Assembly (NCBI GenBank): GCA_017525875.1
Contig: JAFXSG010000001.1
Span: 77,699-141,698, forward strand
Direction: 5' to 3'
Length of the DNA: 64,000 nucleotides
DNA from: Clostridia bacterium
Lineage (GTDB): Bacteria; Bacillota; Clostridia; Christensenellales; CAG-138
Made by a program: the position numbers and the translations under genes. Each line of letters starts with the position of its first letter. Position 1 is the first letter of the stretch. The notes under the pieces were generated by a model, which did no database searches, was not told the origin of the DNA, and worked only from the letters and a program-made list of their open reading frames with translations. Below, one piece after another: positions 48,904 to 56,666 of the stretch.

Positions 48904-50190
48904 TTATCGTTCTTCTTCATAATACATCGGCTTACCGTCGATCATAGGTTCATCCTCGAACGCCGCCCGCATCTTCGGGATATCGGCCTTGATATCCTCG
49001 CAGATACGCAGCTCCCGGCGGACGAAGCGCAGCTGCTCTGTCAGCGCGGCGATCTCGGGGATCGGTCCGCCCGTGCGCCGCTGTTCCTTACGGAGCGCAT
49101 CGCGCCTTGCTTTCAGCTCGCTGTATTCTTTACTGCGCATTGCGGCGTGCGCGTCAAGCTGATCCTCATTGTCGATGCCGTATTTATCGAGCAGATCATG
49201 CTGTCTGATGTACCGTTTGAGCTTCCGTACCTCTTCGCGGTTCACCCGGTACACGACCTTTTTGCCCTTGCCGAGCCATCCCAGCACGTACATCCACGAA
49301 AGCACCAGCGCCCTGAAGCCGTGCTGCTTCTGATATGGCACGAAAGGCTTTTCAGCCTTCGGAACAAGTATCTCCGTCTGCCGCTCAAAGCTGTCCCAAA
49401 GCATTTCCTCGATATCGTCTTCGGTCATGCTCTGACCATCCTTTTTCAGACGCAGAGGACGTTTTCCTCCGGGAGGCAGGAAAGAAGGATACTTGCATCG
49501 ATGATCGACCGTATAGCCGATCTCCTGCATGAGGCGGTAAAAGTGCTGTACATCGATCGCCCTGTCAATACACTCCCTCATATCGAGCTCGAGCATATCC
49601 TTCATGGTGAGCTGACCGTCCTTGTGAGCCCGCCACTCCGCAAAGCTCAAGCCATGACTTCGGGGGTTCTCGATAACGTAAAGCCCGTGTTCGCGGCAGA
49701 GCTCATCCGATACTTCCCTTAATCGCTGATGATCCTTTTTATGGTTCTCGTACTTTCTTCCCGTTCGGAAGGAAACGGAATTGACCACAAAATGATTATG
49801 TACGTTCTTGGTATTGAGATGGGTGGTAACGAGCACTTCGTATTCATCACCCCACATGCGCCGTGCCGTTTCCATACCCAGTGCGTGAGCTTCCTCGGGA
49901 GAGACCTCTTTACCATAGAAGCTTTGAAACCCGTGATAACAGGTATTCCCTCCGAGCTTTCCGTATCGTTTCTTCGTCGCCGTCATCCATTCATACGTCT
50001 GCTGCCATGGGCAGTTGAGAGCGGATACGTACATGAGCTTATCCGTCTTGCCGGGATCGGAAGTATAGCGCAAGACCTTTTTGAGGTCATCGGTCATATC
50101 CTCGGGAGCTATGGTCTTCTCGGGATTGACGGCGTAATCGATGACCCTTGAGATACTGTCCTTTATCGGCCAGAAGCCGGTTATTGCCAT
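48904..50190 (-). CDS. MOBP-type relaxase/mobilization nuclease
   Basis: VIDYAVNPEKT, YHGFQSF and the 3H motif THLNTKNVHNHFVVNSVS. Confidence 0.9.
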   Translation of the reverse strand: MAITGFWPIKDSISRVIDYAVNPEKTIAPEDMTDDLKKVLRYTSDPGKTDKLMYVSALNCPWQQTYEWMTATKKRYGKLGGNTCYHGFQSFYGKEVSPEEAHALGMETARRMWGDEYEVLVTTHLNTKNVHNHFVVNSVSFRTGRKYENHKKDHQRLREVSDELCREHGLYVIENPRSHGLSFAEWRAHKDGQLTMKDMLELDMRECIDRAIDVQHFYRLMQEIGYTVDHRCKYPSFLPPGGKRPLRLKKDGQSMTEDDIEEMLWDSFERQTEILVPKAEKPFVPYQKQHGFRALVLSWMYVLGWLGKGKKVVYRVNREEVRKLKRYIRQHDLLDKYGIDNEDQLDAHAAMRSKEYSELKARRDALRKEQRRTGGPIPEIAALTEQLRFVRRELRICEDIKADIPKMRAAFEDEPMIDGKPMYYEEER

Positions 50191-50191
50191 A

Positions 50192-50470
50192 TCACATCCC
50201 CTCGCTTTCAAAGAAGGCGCGGCGGATATCCGTCAGCAGATCCAATACCGCTTTTTCCGCCTCAGGTGATAACCCTCCGTTTGTCAGCTCGGAGAGCCTT
50301 CCCGTGATATCGAAAATAGCATCGGTCGGAGCCCATCGCGGCTCGTATCCCAATGCTCTCTTTCTCACGTATTCGCTTATCGTCAGCCCGCACTTTGCGG
50401 CTTTCCGGCATATGGCGGTCTTCTCTGACTTTGTTACCCTCAGCTCCAGACGTTCCTTTTTCTCTTTCAT
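50192..50470 (-). CDS. MobC-like ribbon-helix-helix relaxosome protein
   Basis: LELRVTKSEK..KAAKCGLTISEYVRKRALGYEP; immediately upstream of the relaxase. Confidence 0.85.
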   Translation of the reverse strand: MKEKKERLELRVTKSEKTAICRKAAKCGLTISEYVRKRALGYEPRWAPTDAIFDITGRLSELTNGGLSPEAEKAVLDLLTDIRRAFFESEGM

Positions 50471-50494
50471 GGCGCCACCGCCTTTGCCGGGGTA

Positions 50495-50562
50495 TTAGGG
50501 GCATCCCCTAAAAAGACCGCCGTTCCCCGAATCGGCGGAGCGGAACTTGCCGTACAAGTTCC
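50495..50562. other. Putative oriT
   Basis: Inverted repeats TTAGGGG-cat-CCCCTAA (50495-50511) and GGAACTTG-ccgta-CAAGTTCC (50542-50562) just upstream of mobC. Confidence 0.6.
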
Positions 50563-50710
50563 CTGCTGGCTATCGTTTTTTACATGGATACCCGGTATGC
50601 CGACCGGCGGGGATAGGTGCTTCCGCCGGGCGTGGTTATTCGTGCTTCCATGTGGCGCCATCGGTCTATCGGACGCAGGCCTGATGGCGCCAAATATGGG
50701 CGGTTTGGCG

Positions 50711-51049
50711 TCACGTGAACATATCGAGCGTTTCAAGTACATTTCGATCATTCTCCTGTCTCTCCTCATCGGTCATTTCCGCGGTAGGCGTGAATGTGGG
50801 TGCGGCCTCACGCGGGGCGAGATCGAGCTCCCGTATTTCCTCGCGGAACAATGCCCTAACGTCTTCAAGACTGAAATCGAATCTTCCCGGATACGAAAGG
50901 CGATCGAGATATTCCCCGATCGCCTTTATCGCAAACGCGCTCATCGATCCGTGCTCTTGTCGGTCGATCTCATGCAGTGCTTCGTACACCTTCCGCTGAT
51001 TAGGATCCGAAAGGTCGAACCTTACGCTGATCCTGTGAGAGTCCTTCAT
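50711..51049 (-). CDS. ParR/StbB-like DNA-binding adaptor
   Basis: MKDSHRISVRFDL..SMSAFAIKAI; coupled to parM; acidic helical C-terminus. Confidence 0.6.
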   Translation of the reverse strand: MKDSHRISVRFDLSDPNQRKVYEALHEIDRQEHGSMSAFAIKAIGEYLDRLSYPGRFDFSLEDVRALFREEIRELDLAPREAAPTFTPTAEMTDEERQENDRNVLETLDMFT

Positions 51050-51969
51050 ACGCCCTGCTCCGCTTTCAGCTGCAGCCCAGCGAGGTATTCGTAACCCTTT
51101 GCCGCAGCGCGGATATCGTCTATGAACCGCACGCGGCTGCCCTTCGTGCGATAGAAGTTTTTCACAAGACACCCGCCGCCTCCCGTGACTATGAGGTCCA
51201 TCGTGCTCTCGTCGTACCCATACTCGCGCAGCCTGCGGAATATGCCGCCGACGTATTCCTCCGCGACCGAGCGGATGAGCATCAGATCGTCCTTTGGCAT
51301 ATCCGCCGTTCCGTTTATCAGCACACTGTCGATTATCGAGTCGTCGATCTCAGCACCGCGCGCACTCATCAGGGCCTCATGCACGGCAAGCGTGCATTGG
51401 TGGGTGCCGAACTTCTCCGTGAACATTCGCCCGAGCTGCGGTCTGCCGTCGATGATGCACAGAGTGTTCATTGTCCCGTTGCCGATGTCGACTACGACGT
51501 TCATGTCCTTCATCGACGGCGCGTACTCCGCGACGGCGGCATACCCCTGCGGGTAGATCCTCGCCCCGAGTATGCGGATGTGATAATCGACCTTGCGGAA
51601 GGTGAAGCTTACCTCCGCGTTCCGCGTGAGGTATGCGGCGAATTCCGCCTTCTGTCCCGTGGTCCATGTGAGCGGGAGCCCGGCGGCGATGATAACGTCC
51701 GCTTCGGTCAGCCCTTCGTCCGCAAGCTCCATCGCGATCCCCGCCAGCGTGAGCAGGTAATAATCCTCGTCGCTCTGCTTTTTCGGCACGAATTCCTTGT
51801 GCCCCTCGCCGATGACGTAGTACCTCCCGCCGTACACGAGCATGTCGCCCGTGAACAGCGGCTCGTGATCGTACCCCGCGATACCCGCCTTGAAGATGTG
51901 GTTCGCGGTCTTGATGTTCCCGTAACCGTGGTCGACGCCGATGATGACGGCGTCATTGATTCTTTTCAT
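51046..51969 (-). CDS. ParM/StbA actin-like partition ATPase
   Basis: GVDHGYGNIK, AGLP, YPQGYAA, VDIGNGT and TGGG motifs. Confidence 0.9.
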   Translation of the reverse strand: MKRINDAVIIGVDHGYGNIKTANHIFKAGIAGYDHEPLFTGDMLVYGGRYYVIGEGHKEFVPKKQSDEDYYLLTLAGIAMELADEGLTEADVIIAAGLPLTWTTGQKAEFAAYLTRNAEVSFTFRKVDYHIRILGARIYPQGYAAVAEYAPSMKDMNVVVDIGNGTMNTLCIIDGRPQLGRMFTEKFGTHQCTLAVHEALMSARGAEIDDSIIDSVLINGTADMPKDDLMLIRSVAEEYVGGIFRRLREYGYDESTMDLIVTGGGGCLVKNFYRTKGSRVRFIDDIRAAAKGYEYLAGLQLKAEQGV

Positions 51970-52080
51970 TTTCTGCTACTTTCTCCTTATAGTTTATTTC
52001 CCCATTACGCCTGGGATGGGCGGTCCTTTGAGTTCTCTTCCCGCATTACTGCGGTGCGAAACGTTTTTCGGATCACACTG

Positions 52081-52239
52081 TCACTTCCCTTCCGCGTTTG
52101 CCGCGATCGGTTCGACCGGCTCATTCAGGATACGGTCCATGTCCCATTTATCAGCCAGATAATTGATGACGTCATGCACGTACTTCGCGCGCAGGCATTC
52201 CGATCGCATGATCTCTTTTGTCAGCTTCGGCTTCTTCAT
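52081..52239 (-). CDS. 52-aa hypothetical protein
   Basis: Manual translation MKKPKLTKEIMRSECLRAKYVHDVINYLADKWDMDRILNEPVEPIAANAEGK; strong RBS GGAAAGGAG. Confidence 0.55.
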   Translation of the reverse strand: MKKPKLTKEIMRSECLRAKYVHDVINYLADKWDMDRILNEPVEPIAANAEGK

Positions 52240-52313
52240 TTTTGCTCCTTTCCGCCTCTACGGAGGCATGTTATTTGATAAAAACTGGGGGTAGTTATTA
52301 AATAACAAAACAG

Positions 52314-52342
52314 TTGATTCCGTAGCCTTAAAGTGGTACAAT
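52314..52342 (+). promoter_or_regulatory. Sigma-A-type promoter of the polymerase-like gene
   Basis: TTGATT(52314)-17 bp-TACAAT(52337) with TG extension. This implies the real start is ATG 52360 or GTG 52372. Confidence 0.6.
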
Positions 52343-52359
52343 TATTCGAAAACCGAACG

Positions 52360-55300
52360 ATGGAGAAGACCGTGAAGCTCGAAAGATTCAAGATATTCCA
52401 AATACCGGCGAGAAACATAATTGCCGCTGCCCGCAAAAAAGGCGAGGGGTACAGTTTCGAATTCGATCCGTATGATGATTCAAGTGAATACCTTGTAGAG
52501 AAAACATATCAGGATGACTGCCCGATGTTTTATCAGGCAAAGGCCGTTCTGCAGGAGCTTGGGATAGATATGCCCTTTGGTGAAGACTGCCTTTCCGAAA
52601 CGTTTATCTATATAGACTTCTCAGGCATATTCGACAGGAAGCCCGTTGGAAGAGTAAAGGAACAGCAGGAGATCGCCGCACACATGTTCCGTGAAGAAGG
52701 CATTGAGATCTATAAGCGTCAGGGCTCCTGCAGATATGTCGCTTTCGAACGGTCGGCGAGCATGAGCCGCAATAACGTGCTTGCGTTCGTGCGCGAGGAA
52801 GTGTTCGAACCGCTCCGCAAGCGGATGATGCTGGGAATGGATATAGGTCTGTGTCAGCTTTCGAAGCTGTATGCATATAACGGTCTCATGTTCACTAACG
52901 GCTTCCGCTGTCTTGACTGCAGCAGCCTTTCGGATGACAGCATCATAGTGATCGACAACCCGAAGAGCATAGTCAGGGATGCGGATATCATCACCGTTGA
53001 GGATGACGGCACGGATGCTCCGGTGCGCAAATACAGCCGAGTCGAAAAGACCGCCGATATCGAAGTGCTCGAATTCGACGGCGAGGGTATAGTGTCAAAA
53101 GAGTTTGCTTCAAGGCTTGCATGGAGCGGCGAGCATCATTCGTTCCAGATACGTCTGCCTTACATCAAGGGAGTCGTGCATGAGGTGGATATCAAAAAGC
53201 TGTTTGCCGAATTGAAGGTCCCCGTCATTCGCGATATCTGGGGAAAAGAGCATGACGTACGCAAGGTGGATCTTATAATAACGAAGAGCATGTTCAAGGG
53301 GTTCGGATGGATGACGGAGAACGGGCTTTCATGGCGCGAGTATCTGGCAAGATGCGGAGAATACGGCCACGGGCTGTATGTATCCGGTATGGATAAGAGC
53401 AGTATGCAGGATACGACGGAGCTGAATTATCAGTTCCTGAACACACTTGCGATAGATCGCGAGCTGTTCCGCCCGGCCGATCTTCCTTCGGGCTGGGAAA
53501 GCTCTCCCGCGAACGACGAAAGGCAGTGGCTCACCAAGACCACCGAGGAACGGTACTGGTCCTATATTGCCGATACCGATTTCCGCAGGAAGCACTGTAT
53601 CGATGAATTGGAGGATGCCGAAGGTGCGCCGTCGCAAAGACGGAAAACGCTCCTGCAGGCAGCGATAAAGAACCCGCTCCTGCTCGAAGAACCGATCCTT
53701 GCAAGGGAGTTTGAGAAAAAGGCGGAAAGCATCCGCAACGACTATGCGTTGGGGATGCTTCTTGTCGCGGGAGACAGCCGCTATCTTTCCGACGATCTCA
53801 TGCGGCTCCTGGGCTATATCGTGAAAAGCTCTGTCGGGGAAGGCAAAGCCTTTAGCCTGCTGGAACAGGAGTTCCTGCAGGGAAACGAGATGTACGCACC
53901 TCTCCCCGGGTATAAGGAACAGGATATCTATACGCTCCTTCGCAGCCCGCATATCGCAAGAAACGAAGAAGCGCTTGCCGTGCCGCTCTCCGACGTCGGC
54001 AGGCTGCGGAAGAAATACCTGTCGCATCTGTCGTATGTGCTGATGGTAGATTCACGTTCGCTCATTCCGGAGCGCCTGGGCGGTGCGGATTACGACGGCG
54101 ATATGATAAAGACGATAGCCGATCCCATAGTCAACGGCTGCGTATTCCACGGCTATGAGGCCTCCGGCTCTCTGCCCGTATTGAAGATACCCGCCGCCGA
54201 ACCGCTTATCTCCGATGCCAACGACTGGCAGGCAAGGCTCGATTGCGTCAGGAGCACCTTTTCTTCCCGCGTAGGGCAGATAAGCAACGCTGCGCTGCGA
54301 AGGGGCATCGTCGCATATGACGAGAACAGCGACAGCGAAGAGCGTGAATTCGCGCGCATGGACACGGAAGTGCTCGCTATCCTGACCGGGCTTGAGATCG
54401 ACTCCGCCAAGAGCGGCATTAAGCCGGATCTTTCCGAATACCTCGAAAATCGCAAGGGAAAGAAAAGTCTTTTCCTCCGATACAAAAACATCGTTGACGA
54501 CGCCGAGGATCGTAAATGGTATGAGGCCACAACGCTTGAGCGCATCAAGAACTATATCGGTTCCGTGAAATGGGATAAGGTCAGTTCCGATCTTGAGCGT
54601 CTGCCGTACTACGCGTATATGCTCGAAAAGGGAACGCCAAAGCACGAGACCAAACCCGCTCCTGCGGATAAGCTTTTCGTTTTCGCCCGGGATCCGGATT
54701 GGAGGGATACCGTCGATCCTCACACAATGGAGCGAACCGAGGCTATCATATCGGCATATCGCGAAGCGCTGAGCCGTATCCGCTACATAAAACACCTTCC
54801 CAAAGACAGGGGGCGCAGGTCCGATATCGAGCAAATACTGTATTCCCGCGGGCAGGAGAACGAATACAGCGTTGACGAGCTGTACGCGCTGTTCGACTTC
54901 ACCGCACCGGCCACTGTGCGAAAAGCGAGGGCGAAGCTTTCCGAAATGAAATGGCATCTGCTCCCAAAGGAAGAAAGAGAGCCTGCGCTTTATGACTTTA
55001 ACATACATGCACTGCTCCGGAAGGCCGAGCTGTTCTGTGATTTCAGCTGCAGCGGCTACAGGGTGCTCGGCGATCTGATCTGTGACGTGGATGATATTAA
55101 CCGCAAAAACGATATTGCAAAACACATCGTCCGCAAGGGCGACGGCAGCGATATCAGGAGCCTGCTTATCGGAGTCAAACTGCACGGGAATTATGAAGAA
55201 AGGATAACCCTGAACTGTGTAAACCTCATAGCTCCTCCATATAGAGACGCGGAGACGCTTGATCAGGACAAAGTGCTCAAATGTGTCGAAGCCTTGGGCG

Positions 55301-55392
55301 AAAGGGAATTCGCGCTAAAGGTCCTTCCGGCAGCGGTCATGCGGAACATATCGGAACCCGTTCCCGAGAAACGCGGGAGGAGAAGGAAATGA
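52360..55392 (+). CDS. Single-subunit double-psi-barrel RNA polymerase-like protein (eukaryotic RdRP/phage YonO-like)
   Basis: Ordered motifs FDGEGIVS, FQIRLPYIKG, LLRSPHI, LGGADYDGD (54088-54102), VGQISN and IDSAKSG. Confidence 0.85.
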   Translation: MEKTVKLERFKIFQIPARNIIAAARKKGEGYSFEFDPYDDSSEYLVEKTYQDDCPMFYQAKAVLQELGIDMPFGEDCLSETFIYIDFSGIFDRKPVGRVKEQQEIAAHMFREEGIEIYKRQGSCRYVAFERSASMSRNNVLAFVREEVFEPLRKRMMLGMDIGLCQLSKLYAYNGLMFTNGFRCLDCSSLSDDSIIVIDNPKSIVRDADIITVEDDGTDAPVRKYSRVEKTADIEVLEFDGEGIVSKEFASRLAWSGEHHSFQIRLPYIKGVVHEVDIKKLFAELKVPVIRDIWGKEHDVRKVDLIITKSMFKGFGWMTENGLSWREYLARCGEYGHGLYVSGMDKSSMQDTTELNYQFLNTLAIDRELFRPADLPSGWESSPANDERQWLTKTTEERYWSYIADTDFRRKHCIDELEDAEGAPSQRRKTLLQAAIKNPLLLEEPILAREFEKKAESIRNDYALGMLLVAGDSRYLSDDLMRLLGYIVKSSVGEGKAFSLLEQEFLQGNEMYAPLPGYKEQDIYTLLRSPHIARNEEALAVPLSDVGRLRKKYLSHLSYVLMVDSRSLIPERLGGADYDGDMIKTIADPIVNGCVFHGYEASGSLPVLKIPAAEPLISDANDWQARLDCVRSTFSSRVGQISNAALRRGIVAYDENSDSEEREFARMDTEVLAILTGLEIDSAKSGIKPDLSEYLENRKGKKSLFLRYKNIVDDAEDRKWYEATTLERIKNYIGSVKWDKVSSDLERLPYYAYMLEKGTPKHETKPAPADKLFVFARDPDWRDTVDPHTMERTEAIISAYREALSRIRYIKHLPKDRGRRSDIEQILYSRGQENEYSVDELYALFDFTAPATVRKARAKLSEMKWHLLPKEEREPALYDFNIHALLRKAELFCDFSCSGYRVLGDLICDVDDINRKNDIAKHIVRKGDGSDIRSLLIGVKLHGNYEERITLNCVNLIAPPYRDAETLDQDKVLKCVEALGEREFALKVLPAAVMRNISEPVPEKRGRRRK

Positions 55393-56240
55393 CGAACGAA
55401 TGGAAGGAATTCAAAGCCTACACCGGCAAGCCGGTCTATAGGTCGTCCTCGAAAAAGGACAGGACTTTTCTCGGCAGATTCACTATCGAAATGATGTGTG
55501 AGTTTACCGGCTTCAAGCGTATCCTCACGACAATCGCCCGAGGCTATCTTTTCCATGCGAAGGACGGGAGCCTTCTGCCGGTAGATCCGCGCGATAGGCT
55601 TGACTATGCGCTGAACGCTATTAAGGCATGGTGCAGTGTACCGGAAAGAAGCAAAAGCTTCGTCCCGCCCGTGGACTTTCGGGAGCTGGCCGATATCTTT
55701 CCGGAGCTTGTGGATAAGAACGGTAACGGCTGGTATTACCGCCATGCAAAGAAGGTAATGGACTATGCGAAAAAGAACCCCGGCATAGTGCACAGCTCCA
55801 TCGTGAAAAAGTGCGAGGGCATGCGCCGGGGGTTCACAAAGAAATGGCAGAAGGAAGTCCGCGGTCTTCAGGTGCCGATATTCGCGCTCAACACCAAAGC
55901 CGGCTGGAAACTGCGCTTTGACGATATCCTCGCCGATGCGCTTGAGGCAGGACCGCTGCGCATGGAGGAATACGAGCTTCCGCAGCACGTTTCCGATATG
56001 CTTTCCATACTCTGCCCGGAGGATGTGCCCATGGACGTCCTAAAGGACATTGCCGCATTCTATCTTGCCAACCGCCGCGAGGATACCGATTGGGTCGTCC
56101 TTCCTGTCGCCAATTTCGAAGCCTACTATGGCGCCACGAACTTCAGCAAGCTTTACCTAAAAAAGATCCCCGAAACGATACTCGTTCGGGAATCTCGGGG
56201 GCATGTGTGCAGGGTGAAGATGAAGTTGTTCTGCAAGTAA
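55389..56240 (+). CDS. 283-aa hypothetical protein translationally coupled to the polymerase-like gene
   Basis: ATGA overlap at 55389-55392; basic protein; no recognised motif. Confidence 0.75.
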   Translation: MTNEWKEFKAYTGKPVYRSSSKKDRTFLGRFTIEMMCEFTGFKRILTTIARGYLFHAKDGSLLPVDPRDRLDYALNAIKAWCSVPERSKSFVPPVDFRELADIFPELVDKNGNGWYYRHAKKVMDYAKKNPGIVHSSIVKKCEGMRRGFTKKWQKEVRGLQVPIFALNTKAGWKLRFDDILADALEAGPLRMEEYELPQHVSDMLSILCPEDVPMDVLKDIAAFYLANRREDTDWVVLPVANFEAYYGATNFSKLYLKKIPETILVRESRGHVCRVKMKLFCK

Positions 56241-56285
56241 CTGAAGCATGAATCGGTTTATTGTATCGTTTTTCATCTTTTTATG

Positions 56286-56314
56286 TTGATATTTGACCGG
56301 GTTTCCTGTATAAT
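56286..56314 (+). promoter_or_regulatory. Sigma-A-type promoter of the Xre gene and defence cargo
   Basis: TTGATA-17 bp-TATAAT. Confidence 0.65.
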
Positions 56315-56350
56315 GTCAGCAAGAATATACTCGCACAAGGGAGAATCCGC

Positions 56351-56563
56351 ATGGCAGTCAGCTATAAAAAGCTATGGAAGCTTTTGATCGATAAGGATAT
56401 GAAGAAATGCGATCTCGAGCGCAAAGCCGGGATCACGCACTATGCCCTTGGCAAGCTTTCCAAAGGTAAGGACGTCTCAACGGAAGTCCTCGGGAAGATA
56501 TGCGAAACGCTGAATTGCACGATCGACGATATCATGGAATTCGTGCCGGAGGAAGAAAAATAA
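56351..56563 (+). CDS. Cro/C1 (Xre) HTH regulator
   Basis: MAVSYKKLWKLLIDK..KICETLNCTIDDIMEF pattern. Confidence 0.9.
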   Translation: MAVSYKKLWKLLIDKDMKKCDLERKAGITHYALGKLSKGKDVSTEVLGKICETLNCTIDDIMEFVPEEEK

Positions 56564-56666
56564 CGGCTTTCCGAGAGAAGAAAGCCGATCAGTCAGACTG
56601 AAATCGAACGGACAACATTTCCTTAGGAGGAAATTGTTGCTTCCATCTGTAAACGGAGGAAGCCCT

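Noticed and set aside
50467-50769. 100-aa minus-strand ORF between parR-like and mobC
   Set aside because: It spans the oriT-like inverted repeats and has no protein-like features; probably non-coding.
52360-55392. Host rpoC fragment, reverse transcriptase or viral palm-domain RdRP
   Set aside because: The motif is GADYDGD in an RdRP/YonO-like context, not NADFDGD, YxDD or GDD; no rpoB neighbour.
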